This document shows, in pieces, positions 8,764 through 18,374 of a DNA stretch of 64,000 bases. Numbering within the stretch: position 1 is the first letter of the stretch; each line of letters starts with the position of its first letter. Origin of the DNA: Micropruina sp. GTDB lineage: Bacteria; Actinomycetota; Actinomycetes; Propionibacteriales; Propionibacteriaceae. The notes beneath the pieces were generated by a model. It had not been told where the DNA came from. It ran no database searches and saw nothing but the letters and a program-made list of their open reading frames with translations. The position numbers and the translations under genes are program-made. The DNA lies in assembly GCF_047607385.1 (NCBI RefSeq), contig NZ_JASGDE010000018.1, forward strand, positions 2,205 to 66,204, read 5' to 3'.

Positions 8764-9939
8764 TCAGTGTTTACCCTTGTTCTCCTCGTGCTCGCCGATC
8801 GGTAGCCCTCGCAGGTGCCGGACGAAGGCGACACCGAAGGCCATCACGGGAATCACCACCAGTGCGCCGACGATCCCGCCGATCGTGGCGCCCACCGCGA
8901 TGCCGATCAGCACCGCGAGCGGATGCAGCGACGCGGCCCGGCCCAGCAGCAACGGCTGCAGCAGGTGCGACTCCAGCCACATCACCGCGATCGTGCCACC
9001 CAGCATGATCAGCGCCGCCCCCCAGCCGTGGGTGATCAGCGCCAGTGAGGTGGCCACGGTGCCGGCGATCACGGCGCCGACCACGGGCACGAAGCAGACG
9101 ATGAAGGTGAGCGCGAACAACGCCAGCGCCATCGGGACGCCGAGGATCGCGGCGATGATCGTGACGCCGGCGGCGTCCACAGCCGAGACGATCACCTGGG
9201 CGCGCATGTAGCTGACCAGGGACGCCCAGCCGCGATGGGCGGCGGCGTCGGTGGACTCGCGGTAGCGCGGCGGCAGGATGCCGACGAATCCCTTCCACAT
9301 GTGGTCGCCGTCGGCCAGGAAGAAGAAGGTGGCGATCATCGCGATGGCGACTCCGGCGAAGAAGTGCCCGACCGAGGCGCCCACCCGGGCCGCATAGCCG
9401 GCGAGCACCGCCCGGGAATCGCTGATCCAGGTGGTCAGCGACCCCATCCACTGATCGATCTGGGCCTGGTCGATGTACCAGGGTTCACCGGCCAGCCACT
9501 GCATGAAGGTGTGGAAGCCGGCCACCGTCTGGTCGACCAGCGCCGGGGCCTGGCGGGCCGCGGTGGCGCCGATTCCCCAGATGATCGCGACGACCACCAG
9601 GACCATCACCAGCAGGCCTCCGGCGGCAGCCAGCAGCGGCGGCCAGTTCCACCGCTTCAGCCGCTGCGCCAGCGGACTGAGCAGGGCGGCCAGCAGGAAG
9701 GCGATGGCCAGCGGCACACTCACCTCGGAGAATTCGGCGAGCAGCCACCCGATACCCCAGACCAGGGCGGCCAGCACGAGCGCCCGCCAGGCCCAGCCGG
9801 CGGCCGTCCGGACGCCTTGCGGAATGGCCTCCTCCTCGGCAGGGGCGGCCGGCGACTCGACGAGCACGACCGGAGGTTCGGAGATTCGGGCCGGCAGGGC
9901 GGGGCGGCGCCGGGAGCGGCGGAACAGACTGAAAGCCAC
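8764..9939 (-). CDS. AI-2E family (PerM/UPF0118) transporter
   Basis: 391 aa, multi-pass membrane protein with the typical C-terminal GGIVGALVVIPVMA segment. Confidence 0.85.
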   Translation of the reverse strand: MAFSLFRRSRRRPALPARISEPPVVLVESPAAPAEEEAIPQGVRTAAGWAWRALVLAALVWGIGWLLAEFSEVSVPLAIAFLLAALLSPLAQRLKRWNWPPLLAAAGGLLVMVLVVVAIIWGIGATAARQAPALVDQTVAGFHTFMQWLAGEPWYIDQAQIDQWMGSLTTWISDSRAVLAGYAARVGASVGHFFAGVAIAMIATFFFLADGDHMWKGFVGILPPRYRESTDAAAHRGWASLVSYMRAQVIVSAVDAAGVTIIAAILGVPMALALFALTFIVCFVPVVGAVIAGTVATSLALITHGWGAALIMLGGTIAVMWLESHLLQPLLLGRAASLHPLAVLIGIAVGATIGGIVGALVVIPVMAFGVAFVRHLRGLPIGEHEENKGKH

Positions 9940-10033
9940 GCTCAGGTCCTTTCCTGGGGTTGCCGACCACCCTACTGCGGCACGATCCGCGGCCCGGCTG
10001 GTGATGCCGTAGTCAGGCGCCGTGAATGGCTAC

Positions 10034-10315
10034 TCAAGGGGCGTCGTCGGGATGAGCTCCGTAAAGCGGCCGGACGAGTTCGCCGAACTCGATCTCGAAT
10101 GCTTCAGCAATCCGAAACCACGTGCGCAGCGTTCCCTCCGACGCCGGCTTGCCGGGGTTCCGGCGAGGACGGCCGGACTCAAGACTGACGATCGTCGCGC
10201 GGCCAACACCGGATCGTGCGGCCAACTCGTCGTAGGACCACCCGCGAGCATGACGCAGACGAGCGAGATGCAATCGCAGTGCGTCGAAGTCAGGCTCGCG
10301 GACGAATGGAGTCAC
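10034..10315 (-). CDS. XRE-family HTH transcriptional regulator
   Basis: 93 aa. LRHARGWSYDELAARSGVGRATIVSLESG is a Cro/C1-type HTH. Confidence 0.75.
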   Translation of the reverse strand: MTPFVREPDFDALRLHLARLRHARGWSYDELAARSGVGRATIVSLESGRPRRNPGKPASEGTLRTWFRIAEAFEIEFGELVRPLYGAHPDDAP

Positions 10316-10357
10316 CCGTCAACCACAACGGCTCAAGAGATGCGATACGTTATGGCT

Positions 10358-10374
10358 ATCCATCACAGATGGAT
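10358..10374. promoter_or_regulatory. Palindrome ATCCATC-ACA-GATGGAT in the divergent XRE/DUF4352 promoter region
   Basis: 7-bp arms. It sits in the 77-bp AT-richer gap between the divergently transcribed genes. Confidence 0.45.
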
Positions 10375-10392
10375 TGACCCCAGGAGAAGCTC

Positions 10393-10947
10393 ATGATCAC
10401 TACGCCCTCAAAGACCGCGGTGACACTCGCCGCCACGCTCACACTGGCTCTCGGCCTTGGCGCCTGCTCCGGCCCCGCCCCCGAGGCAACGCAACCGGTG
10501 GGGACAGCCTCTACGGCCCCTGCGGAGACGGCGCCAGCGTCGGCCAAGACGAATACGACGCCAAAGATCGGCACACCGGTTGTCGATGGTGATGTGGAGT
10601 TCGTCGTCAACTCCGTGAAATGCACCACGGACCCGATGAAGGACGGGAACTACAGCCCACTCGATCCGGACGGGCAGTTCTGCAAGGTGAACGTCTCTGC
10701 AACCGCCCTCAAGAACATTGGCATGTTCCTTGGAGACATCACGATCACCACCGCACAGATCGACGGAGAGGTGACCCCGGACGTTGGCGCGATGATGTAC
10801 GCCGGAGCGCTGAAAGCCGACTACATCAAGAAGGGTCAGAAGCTGACCGGCAACGTGGTGTTCGACATCGCCACCGACGACTCGGTGGCCACAGTGCTAC
10901 TCAAGGAGAACGCCATGAGCGCGGGTGTGGCCGTCCCGGTCAACTGA
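10393..10947 (+). CDS. DUF4352-domain lipoprotein
   Basis: Lipobox LGLGAC, a Thr/Ala/Pro linker, then GTPVVDGDVEFVVNSVKC...GQKLTGNVVFDI, typical of DUF4352. Confidence 0.75.
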   Translation: MITTPSKTAVTLAATLTLALGLGACSGPAPEATQPVGTASTAPAETAPASAKTNTTPKIGTPVVDGDVEFVVNSVKCTTDPMKDGNYSPLDPDGQFCKVNVSATALKNIGMFLGDITITTAQIDGEVTPDVGAMMYAGALKADYIKKGQKLTGNVVFDIATDDSVATVLLKENAMSAGVAVPVN

Positions 10948-11343
10948 CCGACCACAAGCCGCCGGATCCCCGCGTCACACCTCGCCGCTCCCACCGTTGC
11001 CGCCCGGCAGCCCGGAGCCTCCCAGGCATCTCGGGTGTCGCTCCGCCTTCCTCCGGACGGTGCGCTCGCCTGCCCCGTCGATCTCGCCATCGGCACCTGC
11101 TTTCACCTTCGGTGACGACTTTCGTGTTATTTCATGAAACCAGTCATCGATCCGGCCAGCAGACACCGGTGGCGAGATCGGCGCGGAGACGTCCGGCCCG
11201 ATGCCCGCGAATCTCACCGACGGCTCGCGGCATCCGCGCCAGAAGCGTTCCCCGGGCACGTCCGGGATGACGCGGTCGCCCAGGATCCGACCACGAACCG
11301 TCCGCGATCACCCCCGCGACCGTGGGGCTATAGGTTGACCCGA

Positions 11344-12546
11344 GTGAAGTGGACGCTGCGGACACCGCTGCCGCGCACGGTGGTGATGCTGGCGGTCTCA
11401 GCCTTCTTCGTGGCGGTCGGGTTCGGGGTGATGAGCCCGGTGCTGCCGATCTTCGCCTCGTCGTTCGGCGTCTCGAACTTCCTGATCGGGCTCGTGGTGT
11501 CGGCATTCGCCGGGATGCGGCTGGCGATCAGCCCGTTCTGCCGGCGGATCTCGGACCGGATCGGCCATCGCCGCACGATCGGCATCGGGATGTGGATCGT
11601 CGGGGCGTCGTCCGCACTCTGCGGCATCTCGGGCGGCTACGCAGAGCTGTTGCTGTGGCGTGCCGTCGGCGGCCTCGGCTCGGCCATGTTCACCATCTCG
11701 GCCACCGCCCTGCTGCTGGCCAGCGTCGGCCCCGAACTGCGCGGCCGGGCCAGCGGCCTCTACCAGGGCGGCTTCCTGCTCGGCGGCATGACCGGGCCCG
11801 CGATCGGCGGGCTGTTGGCCGGCATCTCGCTGTCCGCGCCGTTCTTCTTCTATGCCGGAACCCTGGTGATCGCCGGCACCATCGCCTTCACCCAGTTGCA
11901 CGACCCGCCCGGCATGGCCGAGGCGGCCGCGGTGGCGCCGACCCGGTCGCTGCGCCAGGTGGTCGCCGACAGCCGCTTCCGGGCCGCCTGTCTGATGAGC
12001 TTCGGCCAGGGTTGGCAGAGCTTCGGCGTCCGCTCGGCGCTGGTGCCGATCCTGGTGGTCGGCGCGCTGCACGCCGAACCGTCCTGGGCGGGCATCGCGT
12101 TCGCGATCGCCGCCGTCGCCCAGACCGCCGCCCTGCCCGCGGCCGGACGCGCCACCGACACCATCGGACGCCGCCCGGTGATGGTCACCGGTGGCGTGCT
12201 GGCAGCGGTGGCCACCATCGCCACCCCGTTTGCACCCAACCTGCAGGTGCTGATCGTGCTGCTGTGCATCTACGGGGTCGGGTCGGCAGCCCTGGGCACC
12301 GCCCCCACCGCGGCGTTGGGCGATGCCGCCAAGGACGCCGGCAGCCAACCCATCGCGATCTACTCGATGGTCGGCGACATCGGCGCCATCCTGGGGCCGC
12401 TGGCCGCCGGCATCCTGGCCGATCATTGGGGGATGTGGGCCGCGTTCGGCTCCGGTACCGCCATTCTGGTGGCGGGCACGGTGGCCGCGGCGATGATCCC
12501 GGCCCGGCTGGACAGGAGGAACAGTGAACCCGAAACCGTTGAGTGA
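11344..12546 (+). CDS. MFS transporter
   Basis: 12-TM pattern with G-rich MFS motifs ([21 protein letters not shown]). GTG 11344 ([22 protein letters not shown]) is chosen because the upstream 70 codons are Arg/Pro-rich and non-membrane. Confidence 0.8.
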   Translation: MKWTLRTPLPRTVVMLAVSAFFVAVGFGVMSPVLPIFASSFGVSNFLIGLVVSAFAGMRLAISPFCRRISDRIGHRRTIGIGMWIVGASSALCGISGGYAELLLWRAVGGLGSAMFTISATALLLASVGPELRGRASGLYQGGFLLGGMTGPAIGGLLAGISLSAPFFFYAGTLVIAGTIAFTQLHDPPGMAEAAAVAPTRSLRQVVADSRFRAACLMSFGQGWQSFGVRSALVPILVVGALHAEPSWAGIAFAIAAVAQTAALPAAGRATDTIGRRPVMVTGGVLAAVATIATPFAPNLQVLIVLLCIYGVGSAALGTAPTAALGDAAKDAGSQPIAIYSMVGDIGAILGPLAAGILADHWGMWAAFGSGTAILVAGTVAAAMIPARLDRRNSEPETVE

Positions 12547-13210
12547 GTTGGTCGCGCCGGATTGGGCACAGGCCCTGCAGCCGGTCGCCGGACGGATCGC
12601 CGCGATGGGCGACTTCCTGCGCGCCGAGCTCGCCGAGGGACGCGGCTATTTCCCCGCCGGCACCAACGTGCTGCGGGCGTTCGGCCGTCCGCTGGCCGGA
12701 GTCCGGGTGCTGATCGTCGGGCAGGACCCCTACCCCACCCCCGGCCACGCCGTCGGGTTGTCCTTCTCGGTCGCCCCGGACGTCCGCCCGCTGCCCCGCT
12801 CGCTGGTCAACATCTACACCGAGCTGTCCAGCGACCTGGGCATCGCGCCGGCCGCGCACGGCGACCTGTCGGCCTGGTTCGAGCAAGGCGTGCTGCTGCT
12901 CAACAGGGTGCTCACCGTCCGCCCCGGCTCCCCCGGATCGCATCGCGGCAAGGGCTGGGAGGAGGTCACCCAGTGCGCCATCCAGGCGTTGGTGGCCCGC
13001 GGCGGACCGCTGGTCGCCATCCTCTGGGGTCGGGACGCGCAGAATCTCCAGCCGATGCTCGGCGACGTCCCGGTGATCGCCTCGGCACACCCGTCGCCGT
13101 TGTCGGCCCGCTCGGGGTTCTTCGGCTCGCGTCCGTTCAGCCGCACCAACGCCGCACTGGCCCAGCAGGGCGCCGACCCGATCGACTGGGAACTCCCCGC
13201 CCTGAACTGA
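12524..13210 (+). CDS. ung: Uracil-DNA glycosylase (family 1)
   Basis: [24 protein letters not shown]...[12 protein letters not shown]...[10 protein letters not shown] aggagga precedes the GTG. Confidence 0.9.
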   Translation: MNPKPLSELVAPDWAQALQPVAGRIAAMGDFLRAELAEGRGYFPAGTNVLRAFGRPLAGVRVLIVGQDPYPTPGHAVGLSFSVAPDVRPLPRSLVNIYTELSSDLGIAPAAHGDLSAWFEQGVLLLNRVLTVRPGSPGSHRGKGWEEVTQCAIQALVARGGPLVAILWGRDAQNLQPMLGDVPVIASAHPSPLSARSGFFGSRPFSRTNAALAQQGADPIDWELPALN

Positions 13211-13212
13211 GC

Positions 13213-13265
13213 GACGGTTCCTTTCCGGTTCAGGGGACGGCTCCTTGAACCGGAAAGGAACCGTC
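13213..13265 (+). terminator. Hairpin with perfect 20-bp stem downstream of ung
   Basis: GACGGTTCCTTTCCGGTTCA (13213-13232) pairs with TGAACCGGAAAGGAACCGTC (13246-13265). The loop GGGGACGGCTCCT carries the GGGGACGG motif. Confidence 0.7.
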
Positions 13266-13308
13266 CCGGCTTGGTTCGCCCCCGCTTGGTTCGTCCCCGC
13301 TTGGTTCC
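13264..13308 (+). repeat. Three tandem copies of a 15-bp unit (CCCCGCTTGGTTCG-like)
   Basis: cccggcttggttcg / cccccgcttggttcg / tccccgcttggttcc, between the ung terminator and dacB. Confidence 0.6.
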
Positions 13309-13401
13309 GGACCGCGTCCTCCCGACTGTCGGACGTCTGGCGAGCCGCCGCGTCGTTGTGTCATCGTGGGCGCACCCCCACCCCCCTTGGAGACACCCCC
13401 G

Positions 13402-14901
13402 ATGATGGCCACACCGCGCCGCAGCATGCTCTTTTCCCTGGTCACCCTGTGCAGCCTGGGGCTGCTCGTCGTTCCGACGCCGGCGGACGCCCGTCCGGCG
13501 GCGCCGGCGGCGGTGACCGATCCCGACCTGGCCGGCAAGCTGGACGCCGTCCTGAAGACCTCCGCGGTCACCAAGGCGACCGTCGGCGTCCTGGTCGCCG
13601 ACTCCGCCTCGGGCGACGAGCTGTACAGCAGATCGGCCGCGACGGCGATCAGCCCGGCCTCGAACATGAAGCTGCTCACCTCCGCCGCCTCCCTGGACCT
13701 GCTCGGTCCCGAGTACCGCTTCGACACCCGGGTCTACGCCCCGGCCACCCCCTCCGCGGACGGCACCGTGAGCAGCCTCTACCTGCGCGGCAACGGCGAC
13801 CCGACGCTGCTGGAGTCCGATCTGAAGTCGCTGGCCGCGCAGCTGAAGGCGGCCGGCGTCCGGCGGGTCAGCGGCGCCGTGATCGGCGACGGCGGCTATT
13901 TCGACAACGACAAGTACAACGACTATTGGAACCCCAACGACTACAACTCCTCCTACGCCGCGCAGATCTCCGGGCTGACCCTCTCGCCGTCCTCGGCGTT
14001 CAAGGTCGGCACCATCCAGGTCACCTACAAGCCCGGATCGAAGACCGGCAAGAAGGCCGTCCTCGGCGTCGTTCCGGCCACCGCGGCCGGCTACCTGAAG
14101 CTGGTCAACAAGACCACCACGACGAAGGCCGGCAGCGGCGCGAGCGTCGGCGTCCGGCGCAGCAACGGAACCAACACCGTCACCGTGTCCGGCCGGGTGG
14201 CGCTGAAGCGATCGACCGTCGCCGCGACCGTGACGATCAGCAACCCGGCCCGCTACGTCGCGCATGTCTTCCGCAACGTGCTGCGGGCGAGCGGCATCGT
14301 CGTCGACGGATCGGCGACCACCGGAAGCCTGCCGACGGCGCGGGTCAGTCTGGCGTCCGACACCTCGGTGCCGCTCAGCACGATCGTCCGGACGCTGATG
14401 AAGCCCTCCAACAACGGCATGACCGAGCACCTGATCAAGACCCTCGGACGCAGCGGCGACAAGGCCGGCACCTGGAAAGCCGGATCCGCCCGGGTGCTGA
14501 GCTGGCTGAAGTCCACCCAGAGCGTGCCCAGCACGGTGCAGATCGTGGACGGCTCCGGCCTGGCGCACCGCAACAAGCTCACCGCCCAGGTGCTGGTCCG
14601 GGTGCTGCAGTACGCCCGTACCCGCACCTGGTTCGGCATCTTCCACGACGCCCTGCCGCTGGCCGGGAACGCCGATCCGGCCATCGGCGGCACGCTCAGC
14701 TCGCGGATGCGCGGGACGCCGGCGCAGAACAACCTGCGCGCCAAGACCGGCACCCTCAGCGGGGTGACCGCGCTCAGCGGCTACGTCAGCGACACCACCG
14801 GGCAGCTGTACACCTTCTCGATGCTGGGCCGATACACCGGGACCTCGCCGCGACCGGTGTTCGACAAGGTCGGCGCCGCGCTGGCCGGCTGGAACCGCTG
14901 A
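13402..14901 (+). CDS. dacB: D-alanyl-D-alanine carboxypeptidase/endopeptidase (PBP4, peptidase S13)
   Basis: Signal peptide MMATPRRSMLFSLVTLCSLGLLVVPTPADA, active-site-like PASNMKLLT, and KTGTLSGVTALSGYV near the C-terminus. Confidence 0.85.
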   Translation: MMATPRRSMLFSLVTLCSLGLLVVPTPADARPAAPAAVTDPDLAGKLDAVLKTSAVTKATVGVLVADSASGDELYSRSAATAISPASNMKLLTSAASLDLLGPEYRFDTRVYAPATPSADGTVSSLYLRGNGDPTLLESDLKSLAAQLKAAGVRRVSGAVIGDGGYFDNDKYNDYWNPNDYNSSYAAQISGLTLSPSSAFKVGTIQVTYKPGSKTGKKAVLGVVPATAAGYLKLVNKTTTTKAGSGASVGVRRSNGTNTVTVSGRVALKRSTVAATVTISNPARYVAHVFRNVLRASGIVVDGSATTGSLPTARVSLASDTSVPLSTIVRTLMKPSNNGMTEHLIKTLGRSGDKAGTWKAGSARVLSWLKSTQSVPSTVQIVDGSGLAHRNKLTAQVLVRVLQYARTRTWFGIFHDALPLAGNADPAIGGTLSSRMRGTPAQNNLRAKTGTLSGVTALSGYVSDTTGQLYTFSMLGRYTGTSPRPVFDKVGAALAGWNR

Positions 14902-15075
14902 CCGGAACCTGGAGCGCCGATTGTCGCTGGTCGAGCTTGTCGAGACCCCTCCGGCAGCAGGTTTCAAGCTCAACCAGCGATCCGTCGCACTGATCGGCGG
15001 TTCCCGAAGCCTCGATCCGCTGTCTGCTGGAATGCTCGGACACGTCCGGCGGTTGCATCTCGCAGGAGGCCAAGC

Positions 15076-15711
15076 ATGCTGTTCACCAAACCGACCATGG
15101 TCGATCCCCGCATCGCCCTGCCCGGACGCGAAACTCCGGTGCTGCGACACCCGTTCTTCCATCGGGTGTTCGGTCATCCGGTCGACCGGGTTCCCGAGGG
15201 CGCCGAGGTGGCGATCCTCGGCCTGGGTTGTTTCTGGGGCGTCGAGAAGCTGTTCTGGAACACCCGCGGCGTGGTCAACACGGCCGCCGGCTACGCCGGC
15301 GGGTTTACCCCGAACCCGACCTACGAAGAGGTCTGCTCCGGACGCACCGGCCACGCCGAGGTGGTGCGCGTGGTCTACAACCCAGCCAAGCTCAGCTACT
15401 CCGACCTGCTGCGGATCTTCTTCGAGAACCACGACCCCACCCAGGGCTTCCGGCAGGGCAACGACCGCGGCACCCAGTACCGGTCGGTGATCCTGACCCT
15501 GGACGACGACCAGCAGCAACGCGCGCTCACCGCCCGGGACGCCTTCACCAGGGCGTTCGCGGACGCCGGGTACGGCCCGCTCACCACCGAGATCGAACCG
15601 GCCGACGCCTTCTACTACGCCGAGGACTACCACCAGCAGTACCTGGAGGCGAACCCCCGCGGGTACTGCCCGATCCATGCCACCGGGGTGACCTGCAACC
15701 CGGACGCCTGA
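15076..15711 (+). CDS. msrA: Peptide-methionine (S)-S-oxide reductase
   Basis: AILGLGCFWGVEKLFW...GHAEVVRVVYNP...DPTQGFRQGNDRGTQYRS. Confidence 0.92.
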   Translation: MLFTKPTMVDPRIALPGRETPVLRHPFFHRVFGHPVDRVPEGAEVAILGLGCFWGVEKLFWNTRGVVNTAAGYAGGFTPNPTYEEVCSGRTGHAEVVRVVYNPAKLSYSDLLRIFFENHDPTQGFRQGNDRGTQYRSVILTLDDDQQQRALTARDAFTRAFADAGYGPLTTEIEPADAFYYAEDYHQQYLEANPRGYCPIHATGVTCNPDA

Positions 15712-15751
15712 GCCGGGTCCCCGGTTCGGTCGTCGCACTATTCTGACCGGC

Positions 15752-16147
15752 ATGATCGACACCGACCTCGCCGGACGCCTGAAGTCCGCCGGGCTGAGCT
15801 GGCGCCCGGCCAGCGGCGACCGGTTCACCATTCCCGGCGGCGAGCTGGCCGACGAGGTCTTCGTGATCGCCGAGATGGTGATCGAGGCCGACGAAGTGCC
15901 GGGCGAATCGATGATCTTCAAGTTCAACGGCACCACCGAGTGGGCGCTGGACTCGATCGACCACACCCGGGTGCTCTGGCTGCCCCGCGAAGACCAGTTG
16001 CGCGACGAGCTGGGTGAGCGTTTCCAGACCCTGGAGGCGGTTCCGGGCGGCTTCGCGGTGACCCTGACCGACGGCACCCGGCACCTCGACATCGACGCCG
16101 AGCGCAGTTACGCCCGCGGCCTGCTGCACCTGCTCGAGACGTCGTGA
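15752..16147 (+). CDS. Conserved hypothetical protein
   Basis: 131 aa with good G/C third-position bias. Its stop overlaps the next start (GTGA). No domain recognised. Confidence 0.6.
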   Translation: MIDTDLAGRLKSAGLSWRPASGDRFTIPGGELADEVFVIAEMVIEADEVPGESMIFKFNGTTEWALDSIDHTRVLWLPREDQLRDELGERFQTLEAVPGGFAVTLTDGTRHLDIDAERSYARGLLHLLETS

Positions 16148-16854
16148 ACGTCGTCGTCCCGCACCGCTTCCGCGGCCCCGCCGATTCCGGCAACGGCGGC
16201 TACAGCGCCGGCGCGGTGGCGGCCGCGCTCGGGTTGCCGCTGGGTCCCGCCGAGGTGACGCTGTGGCGTCCGCCGCCGTTGGACGTCCCACTGCCGGCCG
16301 TCGTGGACGCCGCCGGCGTCCGGGTCGGCGCCGCGGACGCCCTGGTCGCCGAGGCCCGTCCGGCCGCCTTGGACCTGGACATCCCCGAGCCGGTCGGCTT
16401 CGGCGAGGCCGGGCAGGCGGCCCGGGACTGCCCGTGGCTGGTCGATCATCCCTATCCGCAGTGCTTCGTCTGCGGCACCGACCGTCCGGACGGGCTGCAG
16501 ATCTTCCCCGGCCCGGTTCCCGGACGTCGGGTCGCGGCAGCGCCCTGGGTGCCGGACGCCACCGTCTGCGCCGACGGCGCGGCCCGTCCCGAGGTGGTCT
16601 GGGCGAGCATCGACTGCCCGTCCCTGTTCGGCTACGGCTGTTTCGCCGAGTGGCCGGCGCTGATGCTGCTGGGACGGTTCACCGCCGAGCTGCGCCGGCT
16701 GCCGCGGCAGGGTGAACGGTGCGTGGTGATGGGCTGGGCGCTGGGCCACGAGGGCCGCAAATACGACACCGCGGCGGCCCTACACACCGCCGACGGCGAG
16801 TTGCTGGCCGCCAGCCGGGCGCTGTGGATCACGCTGAACAAGCCCGTAGGCTGA
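16144..16854 (+). CDS. Hot-dog fold (PaaI-like thioesterase) protein, hypothetical
   Basis: FRGPADSGNGGYSAG...HPYPQCFVCGTDRPDGLQIFPG resembles thioesterase-superfamily proteins. Confidence 0.6.
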   Translation: MNVVVPHRFRGPADSGNGGYSAGAVAAALGLPLGPAEVTLWRPPPLDVPLPAVVDAAGVRVGAADALVAEARPAALDLDIPEPVGFGEAGQAARDCPWLVDHPYPQCFVCGTDRPDGLQIFPGPVPGRRVAAAPWVPDATVCADGAARPEVVWASIDCPSLFGYGCFAEWPALMLLGRFTAELRRLPRQGERCVVMGWALGHEGRKYDTAAALHTADGELLAASRALWITLNKPVG

Positions 16855-16859
16855 CCGCC

Positions 16860-17291
16860 ATGACCTCGGACGCGCCGACCCGCCCGGCCTGGCAGGACCA
16901 GGCCGCCATCGACCACTTCCTGGACCGGTCCGAGGTGTGGGCCGTGGTCGGGCTGTCCGACAATCCGGAACGCACCGCGTACGCCATCGCCGCGTTGCTG
17001 CAGAGCCGCGGCAAACGGATCGTCCCGATCCATCCGGCCGCACCGACCGTGCTCGGCGAGCAGGGCTACCCGTCGCTGGCCGAGGTGCCGTTCCACATCG
17101 ACGTGGTGGACGTCTTCCGCCGCTCCGAGGCCGCCGGCCCGTTCGTCGACGAAGCCCTGGCCATCGGCGCCGGCGGGGTGTGGTTCCAGCTGGGCGTGAT
17201 CGACCACGACGCCTTCGCCCGCGCCCAAGCCGCCGGGCTGCCGATGGTGATGGACACCTGCCCCGCGATCGAATGGCGCCGGCGCGGCTGA
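16860..17291 (+). CDS. CoA-binding domain protein (YccU/YneT-like)
   Basis: VWAVVGLSDNPERTAYAIAALLQSRGKRIVPIHP...VDVVDVFRRSEAAGPFVDEALAIGAGGVWFQLGV. Start taken at ATG 16860. Confidence 0.8.
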   Translation: MTSDAPTRPAWQDQAAIDHFLDRSEVWAVVGLSDNPERTAYAIAALLQSRGKRIVPIHPAAPTVLGEQGYPSLAEVPFHIDVVDVFRRSEAAGPFVDEALAIGAGGVWFQLGVIDHDAFARAQAAGLPMVMDTCPAIEWRRRG

Positions 17292-17309
17292 AACCGCTCA
17301 TCACGGCGC

Positions 17310-18371
17310 TCAGCGCCTCCCGGCAAGCACGGGTTCCCGTTCCAGCGCCACGGCCCCGACCGAGCCGCCGGCACCGAAGACCAGGCTGCGCTGGACGTGG
17401 TAGCTGGCCAGGAAGAGCACGGGTTCGACCAGCAGCTTGGCGGCCAGCAACGCCATGCCGAGGCCGGTCAGCGCGGCCAGCAGACCGTAATTGGCGAGCA
17501 GCAGCACCGACACCAGCAGGTAGTAGCGGCCCAGCGCGCCGCGGGTCCGACGCCGCGACGCGAACACCAGGCGCCGGTTGATCGCGAAATTCGCCGCCGA
17601 GCTCACCGCGCGTGCCACGATCACCGAGACCAGCAGGTTGCCGGTCCAGGCCTGCATCGCCAGCAGCACCAGCAGGTCGACCGCGAAGCCGGCCAGTGAG
17701 GACGCCGAGAAGGCCAGCAGCGGCCGGTAGACGCGGATCGAATCGGCCAGCGGACGGAAATGCGAGGAGGCGTTCCCGGCCAGATAGACGGTGTCTATCG
17801 GCAGCTCCTCGATCGTCCAGCCGGCACCCCGGGCCCGCAGCAGCAGGTTGAGTTCGTACTCGAACCGGTCCCCCGGAACACTGCCCAGCCAGCTCAGCGC
17901 GGACGCCGGGTAGCCCCGCAGCCCGGTCTGGGTGTCGCTCACCGGAACGCCGGTCACCGCGCGGAAGACCCAGCGGGTGATGGCGTTCCCGACCCGGCTG
18001 CGGGCCGGCACGCGGCCACCGAAGGACCGGACGCCGAGCACCATCGCCCCGGGACGGACCGCGCGGCCGACCCGGAGGATGTCCAGGACCCGGTGCTGGC
18101 CGTCGGAGTCGGCGCAGACCACGTCCTGGCCCGGGTAGTGCGCCGCGATGTGCGCGAAACCGTGCTTCAGCGCCGCACCCTTGCCGTGGTTGACGGCGAA
18201 CCCGATCACGTCCGCGCCCAGGGCGGAGGCGTCGGAGAACACCGGTGCGTAGAGCGGGCCGCTGCCGTCGTCGACCACCACCACGTCCAGTTCGGGAGCG
18301 ATGTCGGCCAGCTCGCGGAGCAGGTCGAGCAGCTTGTGGTCCGGCTCGTAGGCGGGGATCAGCAGCACCAT
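17310..18371 (-). CDS. Bifunctional GT2 glycosyltransferase / GtrA-like membrane domain protein
   Basis: VLLIPAYEPD...VVVDDGSG...CADSDGQH...DTQTGLRGY, followed by a 4-TM GtrA-like tail (ANFAINRRLVF). Confidence 0.85.
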   Translation of the reverse strand: MVLLIPAYEPDHKLLDLLRELADIAPELDVVVVDDGSGPLYAPVFSDASALGADVIGFAVNHGKGAALKHGFAHIAAHYPGQDVVCADSDGQHRVLDILRVGRAVRPGAMVLGVRSFGGRVPARSRVGNAITRWVFRAVTGVPVSDTQTGLRGYPASALSWLGSVPGDRFEYELNLLLRARGAGWTIEELPIDTVYLAGNASSHFRPLADSIRVYRPLLAFSASSLAGFAVDLLVLLAMQAWTGNLLVSVIVARAVSSAANFAINRRLVFASRRRTRGALGRYYLLVSVLLLANYGLLAALTGLGMALLAAKLLVEPVLFLASYHVQRSLVFGAGGSVGAVALEREPVLAGRR

Positions 18372-18374
18372 GGC

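Noticed and set aside
10034-10947. XRE gene plus neighbour as a toxin-antitoxin or defence pair
   Set aside because: The neighbour is divergently transcribed and is a DUF4352 lipoprotein with a signal peptide, not a toxin-like cytoplasmic protein.
12814-16092. 1092-aa minus-strand ORF spanning ung, dacB, msrA and the following gene
   Set aside because: It is antisense to four well-supported + strand genes and has low-complexity Arg/Gly/Pro composition with no motif.
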